From Mobula hypostoma (lineage: Eukaryota): a stretch of DNA of 64,000 nt. The stretch spans positions 112,098,001-112,162,000 of the forward strand of contig NC_086097.1 in the NCBI RefSeq assembly GCF_963921235.1, in the 5' to 3' direction. A program made the position numbers and the translations under genes. Positions 13,283 to 23,942 of this stretch are shown piece by piece (position 1 is the first letter of the stretch; every line of letters begins with the position of its first letter). Below the pieces are notes generated by a model, which was not told the origin of the DNA, made no database searches, and saw nothing but the letters and a program-made list of their open reading frames with translations.

Positions 13283-13553
13283 CCTTGAAGAAATTCAACA
13301 TCTCTTTCTGATGGGATTTCCACTTGTTTTACCTAGTTCAACCTCAATGGCTTCTCTTTCTTTTGTTTTTGATCAACTATACCACTGCCAGGATTTGAAA
13401 ATAGGTCTTGGATCTGAAAAATTATTTCTTTTTCTATCCACACTGCTTGACATAATTAGTATTCTTTCTACTTTTCAAATGTTCTGTATTATTTCTATCA
13501 TCAAATTGCATTGGTTGAATGGTTAATGGTGGGGAAACTTTATTTGTATAGTC

Positions 13554-13815
13554 GTCATCATCATCATCATTGTCGTCAGGTGCCATGTCCAGTTTGAGCT
13601 TTGACTGCCATGGCCCACACACTCCTGTTTCGGGTCAAGTGGATCAGTTCATCGGTATTCATTTCCAGTTCTCTGGCTGCTGTCTCCATCATTATTTATC
13701 AGTCTTCCTTTTGCTTTCTTCCCTTCAATCTTTCCCATAATTACCGCGCATTCTAACTCCTCTTTCCTAATCACAATGTCCAATGAAGTTACGTTGCTTT
13801 TCATGATCTTATACA
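13554..13815 (-). mobile_element. 5'-truncated RTE-clade LINE with 14-bp TSD
   Basis: KEELECAVIMGKIEGKKAKGR (ORF 13649..13840) is a typical RTE C-terminal motif. (ATG)n tail. TSD ttatttgtatagtc at 13540-13553 and 13816-13829. Confidence 0.9.
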
Positions 13816-13986
13816 TTATTTGTATAGTCACATAAAGCATTAATATTGAATCTTACCTCTTCTGATACTTTTTCAAAATCAAAGTAAATTTACTACCAAA
13901 ATGCATATATGTCACCATATTCTACTTTTCTTTCAGGCATTTACAGGAAAATAAAGACATACAGTAGAATTTATAAAAAAACGTAT

Positions 13987-14590
13987 GGATGGCATCCGTT
14001 AGTCTCGTGAGACCATGGATCTGCATCTGGAAAGTCTTGCTTCAGTCTCTCCAGGGCGCAGGCCTGGGCAAGGATGTATGGAAGACTGGCAGTTGCTCAA
14101 GCAGCAAGTCTCCCCTCTCCACTCCACCGATGTTGTCTAAGGGAAGGGAAGGGCAGATACAGCTTGGCGCCAGTGGCGTCGCAGGAGTTGCCACAGCGAG
14201 GTTGAAAGCAATATTGGTCTGCCTTAGGGACTCCAGCTCTGGAATTTTCCTCAGGGTTTACTCCCGAAGCCTTTCCCATAAGTGGGTATGGCTGCAAGGC
14301 AGCGGAGGTTTGAAATCAGAGTTTTCCCTCTCTTAGATGGACTGCCTTCCCAGGCTGACGAGCTCCATCTACCCAAAGCACTGGTTTTAAGGCACCAGGA
14401 CCCGCCTTCACCCCTTCTCCTGTCAGTAAAAACAGTTCCGCCAAGCTTAGAGGCTAAGCCACATGAGAAGGCCAGGAGTTGGACTAGGTTGTTAGAGGCT
14501 ATTTGAGGCGTATGCCGTGAGGAGCACTTTTAGGTAGTGGGAGCTTGTCCCCACTACCACTCCTCAGCTTGACAACCTTAGAACCTTGGA
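13987..14590 (-). mobile_element. Non-autonomous RTE-derived retroposon with about 12-bp TSD
   Basis: Minus strand has the RTE-type 5'UTR motif 'ggcagtccatctaagagagggaaaactctgatttcaaacc'. Flanked by aaaaaaac(g/c)tat at 13975-13986 and 14591-14602. Inserted in an older repeat spanning about 13875-14770. Confidence 0.7.
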
Positions 14591-14769
14591 AAAAAAACCT
14601 ATACCTAAGCAAAAGACAACCAATGAGTGCAAATATAAAATAGATAAATAATACTGAGAACATGAGTTGTTGAGTCCATGAAAGTGAATCCCTAGTTTGT
14701 GGAAGCAGTTCGGAGTTGAGGTAAGTGAAGTTCTCTACATCAGTTCAGAAGCCTGATGCTGGTAGGGTA

Positions 14770-15825
14770 ATAAGAGCAAAAAAGTTTATAAGGAGAGTAT
14801 AGGAACCACAGGAGATGACAAAGGTCTTAAATAAATAGTTGTCAATTGTACCTACTGCGGAGAAGGTCATGGAAGCTAGTGAATTCAGGAAAGAGAATAG
14901 TGATGTCTTGCACCATATTCACATTACAAAAGAGGTTGTCCTGGAAGTTTTACAGAATATAAAGGTGATAAAAGTGGATAAATCCCCAGGTATATCCAGG
15001 AGGGTGAGGGTGGCAGCAAGGTGGTTAGCACAATTTCTTTATAGCACTGATTGGGGTTCTATTCCTGCAGAGGTTTGTAAGGAGTTTGTAGGTTTGCCCT
15101 GTGACCACATGGGTTTTCTCTGCATGTTCCGGTTTCCTGCCACATTCCAAAGACATACGGTTTATAAGGTTAGTGATTTGTGGGTATACTATATTAGCAT
15201 TGGAAGCATGGAGATACTTATGGACTGTCCAGACAACTCCTTAGACTGTGTTGGTCATTGACACAGATTGATGCATTTCCCTATATATTTCGATGGTTCA
15301 ACGTGCATGTGACAAACAAAGCTAATCCTTATAAACCTAAGCTTTAGTATAATATAGCAAGCAAGGGGAAAACATGTTAAGTCCTGGCAAAGATATTTCT
15401 ATTATCATTAGCCATGGATAAGATAACAACAGACTGGAAAATGGCTAATGTCGTGCTTTTATATAAGGAGGGCAAGTCAGTGAAAAACGGGCCATTGAAC
15501 CTAACATCAGTTGAGGAAAAGTTACTGGAAGGGATTCTGAGAAACAGGATTTACTTACAATTGAAAAGGCAAAGACTGAATAATCAGGAATATTCCACAT
15601 GTTTTTGTGTGTGGGAAATTGCGTCTCACAAATTTGAAGAGGTAAGCATGATGGTTACATAGGCAAGGCAGTAGATGTTCTCAACAAGGCCTTTAACAAG
15701 GTGCCATGTGGTACGCTGGTTAGGAATGTTAGATCACATGGGATCCACAGTGATCTTGCCAATTTTGATACAAAATTGTCTTGGTGATAGGAGTTAGAGA
15801 GTGATAGTGCAGGTTGTTTTTTGAT
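14770..15825 (+). mobile_element. Decayed CR1 internal fragment interrupted by a SINE
   Basis: KEVVLEVLQNIKVIKVDKSPG (ORF 14839..) and DWKMANVVLLYKEG...LTSVEEKLLEGIL (ORF 15414..). Confidence 0.8.
15005..15330 (+). mobile_element. tRNA-derived V-SINE-like element
   Basis: A/B-box-like head (ggtggcagcaaggtggttagc...ggttctattcc), V-domain-like core 'gtaaggagtttgta..gggttttctc..ccggtttcctgccacattccaaagac', tail 'gtgacaaacaaagctaatc'. Confidence 0.7.
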
Positions 15826-16262
15826 TTAAATGTAAGGAATGGTGACATGATGATGGTATCAATAGAAAAACTAAACCAGTGAAAATGTTTGTGTGGGATA
15901 CAAAAGAAGGAGGGAATAATAGGTAATCTAATTACCAGTGAATGAATATACTTGGTATAAATGGTGAACGTACAAACGTTTGTATATCAGAAACAAATGT
16001 TGCCAGTTAAATTAGTCATGAGACATCCACCTATACCAGCTCAGATGCTGAACCTTCTGTGCTGGGAAAGCCCTCTAAAGTAATGTAGTTATATTTGGTC
16101 ATAACACTAATCAACAGACCTTATGTTGAAGTTGCTTAGAAATGTGTGTTTCAAAAGAATCAAATGCATACAGAGGACAAACATTCAGTGTTGGCAAAGG
16201 TATACAGTAAACACGAGTATGACTTTTAAATTCACGGTATATACTACTTTTCATAGAATATG

Positions 16263-17495
16263 CACAGTGGTCACTTTATTAGGTACACCTGTACACCTAC
16301 TCGTTAATGCAAATATCTAATCATCCATTCATGTAAGACCATAAGATATAGGAGCAGAATAGGCCATTTGTCCCATTGAGTCTGCTCTGCCATGCCATTA
16401 AAGTTGATTTATTATCTCTCTCAATCCCATTCTCCTCACTTCTCCTTCTAACCTTTGACACCCTAATGCATCAGCCTCTATGTTAAATATACCAAATGAC
16501 TTGGCCTCCACTGCCATTTGTGGCAATGAATTCCACAGATTCATCCCCCTTTGGCTAAAGAAATTCCATGTCATCTCTGTTCTAAAGGAACACCGTTCTG
16601 TTCTGAGGCTGTTCTCTCTGGTCCTAGACTGCCCCACTATAAGTAACATCCTCTCCATATACAGTCTGTCTAGGATTTTCAATATTCGATAGGCTTCAAT
16701 GGGATCCCACCTCAATCTTCTAAACTGCAGTGAGTACAGGCCCAGAACCATCAAACACTCCTCTTATGTTAAATCGTCCATTCCTCGAATCATTCTCGTG
16801 AACTTTTCTGGACCCTCTCCAATGCCAGCAATATCTTTTCTTAAATAAGGGGCCCAACACTGCCCACAGTCCTTCAAGTATCATCTGACCAGTGCCTTAA
16901 AAAGTCTCAGCATTAAATCCATGCTTTTATATTCTAGTCTTCTCAAAATGAATGGTAACATTGCAATTCCTTTCCTTACCACTGACTCAACCTACAAGTT
17001 AACATTTATGGAATCCTGTACTCTCAAGTCCCTTTGCACCTCTGATTTCTGGTTATCTCCCTGTTTAGAAAATAGTCTACACCTTTATTCCTTCTACAGA
17101 AGTGCATGACCATGCATTCCCTATACTGTATTCCATCTGTCACTTCTTTACACCTTCTCCTAATCTATCTAAGTCCTTCTGCAGACAATCTACTTCTTCT
17201 ATACTTCCTGTCTCCACCTATTTTCATATCATCTGCAAACTTGGCCACAAATCTGGCATCCATATCATTGACATACATTGTGAAAAGAAGTGATGAAAAA
17301 TACCAACCCCTCTGGAACATCACTAGTGACTGGCAGCCAACCAGAAAAAGCTGCTTTACTTCTACTAATCAGCCAGTCTTCTATCCATGCTGTTATTTTT
17401 CCTGTAACACTGTGGGATGTTATCTTGTTTAGCAGCCTCATGTGTAGCACCTTGTCAAATGTATAGGAGGTACCTAATAAAGTGACAACAGTGTA
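16263..17495 (+). mobile_element. Tc1-like element ends bracketing a CR1 insertion
   Basis: Left TIR 'cacagtggtcactttattaggtacacc' at 16263 and right TIR 'gtacctaataaagtgacaacagtg' ending about 17493. Most internal sequence is missing. Confidence 0.75.
16334..17458 (-). mobile_element. CR1 LINE 3' portion, decayed
   Basis: ORFs 16398..16754 (NFFSQRGMNLWNSLPQ) and 17265..17528 (FDKVLHMRLLNKITSH). Tail 'aagaccataagatataggagcag'. Confidence 0.9.
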
Positions 17496-17785
17496 TGTTG
17501 GGGATTTATACCTTAGGTATAAATGCATTTTGCTTTAGATTTTCTATCGCACCGGCTTCTCGTCAAGGTCCCAGCTATTATCTGACTTGATGTGGTTGTG
17601 AATAGCTACTAGCAAATAGTGGAGTAAGGGATTGATGGGATTGTTTGAAAAACTGGCAAGGACTAAATGGGCTGAATGGCTTTCCTCTATGTCATCTTAA
17701 AATATGAAGAAAGATAATAGAAATTAAACACAGGCTCTCTGTCCATAACTGCTGCCACAGCTTGAATTTGTATAGAACTTGTGGC

Positions 17786-20700
17786 TTACAACATGACATT
17801 ATTTCTGATCCGAATGGTAGATTTCTACTGGTTAGTGGTCTACTATTTAATAAAAAGGTAGTTTTGGTTAATGTTTATGCTCCTAATATGGACTGTCCGG
17901 AATTTTATAAATCATTATTTAATCAGTTCCCGAATTTGAATGAGTTTTCATTGATCTGGGGCGGAGATCTTAATACCTGTTTATCTCCAGCTTTGGACCG
18001 TTCGGCTCCGCTACGGACCTTACCTAATAAATCTGCAACTTTGATTAATTCATTCCTCTCTGATTCTGGGTCGATGGACATTTGGCATTTTTTGCATCCT
18101 CAGGAAAAAGATTTTTCTTTTTTTTCACATGTTCACCATTCCTATTCAAGAATTGATTATTTCTTTATTGACTCTCGTCTTATTTCTTCAGTGATTAAAT
18201 GTGATTATGACTCTATAACCATTTCGGATCATGCTCCACTTAAGCTTTCTATTAAAATTCAGGCCAATACACAAAATAATAGACAATGGTGTTTTAATTC
18301 GCTGTTGCTTCAGGACTCGGACTTTGTTAACTTTATGAATGAACAGATTGATCTTTTTTTTACAATCAACTATACAGAGGATATTTCTGTGAACATTCTT
18401 TGGGATACTTTTAAAGCTTATATTCGTGGTCAGATTATCTCGTATTCTGCTGCTTTGAGGAAGAAGCTGAAGCAGGAGGAGTTGGTAATTGTGGACAAGA
18501 TTAAGGAAATTGATAAGAAATATGTTACAGCTCCCTCTGAGGAGTTATATAAACAAAGAACTGAACTTCAAATGGAACACAGTTTATTACTTTTGTCCTT
18601 GATTGTAAACCAATTAAAGAAAACAAGAAGTGAATTTTATGTACACAGTGAAAAAATTGGCAAACTGCTGGCTAATCAATTGAAGTCTAATTATGCTAAA
18701 TCTCAAATTAATCAGATTTATAACCAAAATGACCGACTGATACTTGATCATGCGGGGATTAATCAAAGCTTCTGTGATTTTTATTCTTCCTTATATCAAT
18801 CAGAGTCTCCTCGAGACTCTAAATATATGAATGATTTTTTAGATAACCTAGATTTCCCTGAGATTTCACAGGATATGTCTTCTATGCTAGATACTCCCAT
18901 TACCACTGATGAGATTAAGAATGTTATTTCCTCTATGAATTTGGGGAAAGCTCCTGGCCCTGATGGGTTTACCGTAGAATTTTATAAATGTTTTGCACCT
19001 TCATTAATCCCTTGGTTCTGTAGGGTTTTCGAGGCTTCATTAAAACTTGGTAAACTTCCTGAATCTTTCAATAGAGCGTCAATTTCTCTAATATTAAAGA
19101 AGGATAAAGATCCTGCTCAATGTGCATCTTATAGACCAATATCTTTATTAAATGTTGATTCTAAAGTGTTTTCTAAGTTATTAGCAAACAGATTAGAAAA
19201 AGTACTTCCTTTTATTATTTTGGAAGACCAAACGGGTTTTATTAAAGGTCGTTACTCTTTTTATAACATTCGCACACTGTTAAATATTGTTTATACCCCC
19301 TCACAAAATGTTCCTGAATGTGTTACCTCTTTAGATGCTGAGAAAGCTTTTGATAGAGTAGAATGGCCTTACTTATTTAAGGTGCTTGAAATGTTTAATT
19401 TTAGCTCGAAATTTATATCCTGGATCAAACTGTTATATCATTCTCCTGTGGCCTCGGTCCATACTAACTCTCTAAGCTCACCTTTTTTCCCTTTTTTTCG
19501 AGGTACTCGACAAGGTTGTCCTCTTAGTCCTTTATTATTTGATATTGCATTAGAGCCTCTTGCAATTGCCATTTGAGAATCTCCAAATATTACTGGGATA
19601 ACTCGGGGCTTAAAGTCCCATAGAATATCACTCTATGTTGATGACTTACTTTTATATATTTCTAATCCTCAAAAATCCATCCCTGCTGTTTTAGAGTTAT
19701 TAGCACAATTTAGTCTCTTTTCAGGTTATAAATTAAATCTTAGTAAGAGTTAACTTTTTCCGATTAATAAACAACTTCCCTTATATCATAACTTTCCATT
19801 TAAATTGATTAATAATTATTTTTCATATCTTGGGATTAAAATTACTTGTAAATACAAAGATTTATTTAAGATTAACTTTTTACCCTTAATTGACCATATT
19901 ATTCAACTTTCATCTAAATGGTTTCCTTTATATTTAACTTTGATTGGTTGTATTAATGCAGTTAAGATGTTTTTTTTGCCAAAATTTCTATATATATTTC
20001 AGGCATTACCAATCTTTGTCCCAAAATCTTTTTTTGATAAAGTTGACTCAAAAATTTCTTCATTTATTTGGCAAAATAAAAACCCGAGGCTGGGTAAAAT
20101 ACATTTACAGAAAGCTAAGAGAGATGGAGGTTTAGCATTACCTAACTTTAGATTCTATTATTGGGCAATTAATATTCGACATATGAAATTTTGGTTACTT
20201 GACCAGGATATACTATCCATTCCTAAATGGGTAGCATTGGAATTACAATCTGTTCAGGGCTATACACTTGGCTCTATTTTAGGCTCCTCTCTTCCTTTTG
20301 ATTTGAAACGCCTCAAACAGGTATCTAACCCGATAGTTAAATATACCTTACGTATTTGGTTTCAATTCAGAAAATTTTTTGATCTTAACCAATTTGGACT
20401 AGCGATTCCTATTTTAGGTAATATATTTTTTCCTCCTTCTTTTACGGATCGTGCTTTTCAAATTTGGAAGACTAAGGGTATTTCACGGTTTTTGGATTTA
20501 TTTTTAGATGGTTCCCTTATGTCTTTTGAACAATTATCTAATAAATATAATTTATCAAGAATACATTTTTTTAGATATCTACAAGTTAGAAATTTCCTAA
20601 GTACTATACTTTCTTCTTTTCCTATGCTTCCTCCTACATACATTTTAGATACTATAATTAACCTTAATCCATGTCAGAAAGGTGCATCGGCTATGATTTA

Positions 20701-21319
20701 TAATATTATTATGAAACTTAGGAAAGCTCCATTTGATAAGATTAGGGTAGATTGGGAACAGGAATTGGGGTCTATCATTTCCGTGGATGACTGGGGGCAG
20801 ATTTTACAATTAGTCAATACTTCCTCTATCAGTGCTAAACATTCCCTAATTCAATTTAAAGTTGTTCATAGAGCACATATGTCCAAAGATAAATTAGCTC
20901 GCTTTTATTCTCATATTAATCCTTTTTGTGATAGATGTCCGGGGCAGATAGCCTCTTTAACTCATATGTTTTGGTCTTGTCCTACTCTGGAAACTTTTTG
21001 GAGAGACATTTTTAATATTATCTCTAAGGTATTGAATATAGATATCTCTCCTCACCCTATTACTGCTATCTTTGGACTACCTAAAATTTCCAGTAATCTT
21101 TCTCCTTCAGCCCGTAGAATGATTGCATTTCTTACTTTAATGGCGAAAAGATGTATCTTACAACATTGGAAAGAGATTAATGCTCCAACTACCTTTTTTT
21201 GGTTTTCTCAGACGATATTATGCTTGAATTTGGAGAAAATTAGAAGCAATCTTTATGATTCCTCACTTAAATTTGAACAGACCTGGAGATCTTTTATTCA
21301 ATATTTTCATTTAATGTAA
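17786..21319 (+). pseudogene. L1 ORF2 (APE endonuclease partial, RT, CCHC finger) with two in-frame stops
   Basis: VNVYAPN, GGDLN, SRIDYFF, SDHAP (APE); KAPGPDGF, LDAEKAFDRVEW, RGTRQGCPLSP, LYVDD (RT); CDRC-x8-H-x4-C. ORFs 17762..19576 and 19805..21319 share one frame. Stops at 19574-19576 and 19751-19753. Confidence 0.93.
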
Positions 21320-21517
21320 TTTTTTTTTCTCCTCTTTTTTTGCTCCATATTTATATACCCTTCTTGTTTTTTTTTTACTGTTTTTAATGGAGGTCGGGAT
21401 TGAGGACGTGATTTTAAGTTTTTTTAACTCTGTTTGGTTTCAAGTTAGCCCATTGTTTTGCTTTGCTTTTAGTTAGTTGCACGGTGGTTTTTTGGTTTTT
21501 TTTTTCTTTTTCTCTAT

Positions 21518-21519
<2 letters not shown>

Positions 21520-21558
<39 letters not shown>
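21520..21558. repeat. (AT)n microsatellite in the L1 3'UTR
   Basis: Uninterrupted AT dinucleotide run. Confidence 0.95.
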
Positions 21559-21561
<3 letters not shown>

Positions 21562-22109
21562 TAGTATACTACTATGTTACCTTAGTATGTTATGTTTAAA
21601 TTACATTGTTTGTATCATTTTTTTTGTATTAATATCTCCTGTAATTTTATTATATTCTAACAGTGTATTAGTGCCTATATGGCTTACCTTTTTGTATACT
21701 TATTCAATAAAAAGATTTAAAAAGAAAGAAAGAACTTGTGGAATAATTAATTATCCCAAGAGACCCGACAGGACCATAATAAAGAGAGAATCTGAAAATT
21801 ATTTATACCAGGCTGCAGAAAGATATATATTTACAAAGAAGTAGATCTTTCCAACCATCTTAAAGGAGAAAAAAGAATTCACTGGGTCAAGAACATAGTA
21901 ATCTGAAGAAGGAGGAGACAATTTACCCTTTGTGCCTGATCAGCTGTTCAAGATCTTTTACAACATTACTTTCCTATATCTACACCACTTAATTTACTAA
22001 ATATTGGTAAAACCTATTGATTTCAGTCATAAATGTACTCGGTGTCTGAGCCTCCATGGCTTTCTTCGGTAGTGAATTGATCAGTAATCTTACAGTAATC
22101 CCATAATTT

Positions 22110-23940
22110 ATACAACTTTATATACTGTAAGACTTCCAGGATGTCCTCTTTTGAATTCAAGTAATCACTATTCTCTTTCCTGAATTCTCTAGCTTCCATG
22201 ACCTTCGCCACAGTAAATCCCAATGACAGCTATTTATTTAAGACCTCGGTCACCCCCTGTGGTTCTTAGACTCTCTTTATAAACTTCTTTGTTGTTAATA
22301 CACTAATGGAATCGCTTAGGATTGTTCTTTACCAAATTATCTCATATCCTCTTTTTATCCTTCTGATTTCCCTCTTAAGTGTTCTCTTACATCCCTTACA
22401 TCCAGATTTGCTTCATCCCAGCTGCTCACTCGTAACACATATCCTCCTTCTTCCTGACTAGACCCTCGAGGTAATGAGTTCTTTGGCCTGTGTAGGGTGC
22501 TGGAGAGCATTGGGCTCCAATGTTTTTACAGCACCTGAATTGGTCAATTGTTGTTTAACAAGAGGTTCATTAATTGTTTAGAGTTCCTTGTGCTTTTCTT
22601 GAGTGACTCACTCTTGGTAATACGGTCTCCTGGTGTCTTCTATTTAAGCATGTTAAGTTTATTTGATTGGCTTAGGGATTTCATGTTAATTGTATTATTT
22701 AAGTGGGTGCCAATTAGCACTAATTGCGGGGTGCTAGTTTTGAGGATGTTGTATACCACAGTGTTGCTCAACCAAGCCAGCAGTTCTTTTGGAATTAATC
22801 TGATAAACCCTCATCATCATCTCTGCATCAGAGTCTATCGTTCTTCTGCACTTGGGTTCCGATATTGCCAGTGCCTATAGTGACATTCAATATCCATTGT
22901 CATCAGCATTCCCTGACCCTGCCAGAGTTGTCAATCAGAAAAATGATGGCCCAGTCTGAACTCTCTCCAGCTAATGTTTAAAGACTCCCACTTGCAAAAT
23001 ATTCCTTTACCTGCAGTCAACAACTCCCAATCAACCCTTGCAAATTGCTTTCTAATGTCATCAAAATTAGCCTTGCTCCAATTTAGGGTTTTGATTTGAG
23101 GAAATTTGGGCTCTTTTTCTATGACTATTTTAAGACCAAGAGAATCATAGTCACTGGTCCCAAAGTGTTCCCCCACTGACATTTCAGACACTTGCCCAAC
23201 CTCTTTTTGCAAAACAAGGCCCACTGTGGCTCTCTCTCTCTCTCTCTCTCTCCAGTAGCGCCATCTACACGTTGCTTAAGAAAGCATTCCTGGGCACATT
23301 TAACTAATTTTGCCCCATTCAAGCTCTTAAAACTATGGCAGTCCCAGTCAATACAGGGAAATTAAAATCACTTACTATTGCAACCTTATTGTTACTGTTA
23401 TCTGCTGTCTCCCTACATATTTACTGCTCTGATTTCTGCTGACTATAAAGAGTCTTATAGCACAATCAGATCAAAGTGAGAATATTTCTAAGTTCCACAC
23501 ATATATCCACACTTGTTGACACCTCAGGGATAATAATGGCGATGTTCTGCTTAATCAAATGCATAACTCCCTCCCCTCTCGAATATCCACCTCAATTATA
23601 CCAGAGCATCTGTACCCCAAACCATTGACTGCCAGTCCTGCCCATACTTCAAATAGGTTTCTGTAATAGCTATAGTATCATAGCCACATGTACCTATACA
23701 TGCCCTAAGCTCATCTGCCTTACCTATAGGGCTTCTTGCTTTAAAATAAATGCAACTTAGTCTATCAAGTTTTCCTTTCACCCTGCTCTGCCCCCATCTG
23801 TCCTGGCTATTAAACTTGCTTGGTTTAACTTCTATATTTCCATCATCTTTTTTTCTTCTGCTACATCATTGATTTGGGTTCCATTCGCCTGTCAGAATAG
23901 TTTAAATCCTCCTGTACAGTATCAGCAGATCTTCCTCTAA
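22110..23940 (-). mobile_element. Decayed CR1 (ORF1/ORF2 junction and APE domain)
   Basis: CIYFKARSPIGKADELRACIGTCGYDTIAITETYL (ORF 23596..23781) and VGEHFGTSDYDSL..LNWSKANFDDIR (ORF 22931..23224). (CT)n at about 23230-23252. Confidence 0.85.
22470..22885 (+). mobile_element. Probable solo LTR inserted in CR1
   Basis: About 415 bp interrupting colinear CR1 sequence. Ends 'ctgcacttgggttcc...gtgaca' and starts 'ggtaatga'. Degenerate 5-bp flanks ctcga/ttcaa. Confidence 0.5.
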
Positions 23941-23942
23941 TC

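Larger units (their letters stand above)
17785..21730 (+). mobile_element. 5'-truncated L1-clade LINE with 11-bp TSD
   Basis: TSD agaacttgtgg at 17774-17784 and 21731-21741. AATAAA at 21706 and an A-rich (AAAG)n tail. ORF2 homology across 17785-21319. Confidence 0.95.

Noticed and set aside
17762..17784. Annotated start of the 604-aa ORF
   Set aside because: The TTG start lies in flanking DNA/TSD outside the 5'-truncated L1, so it is not a real start.
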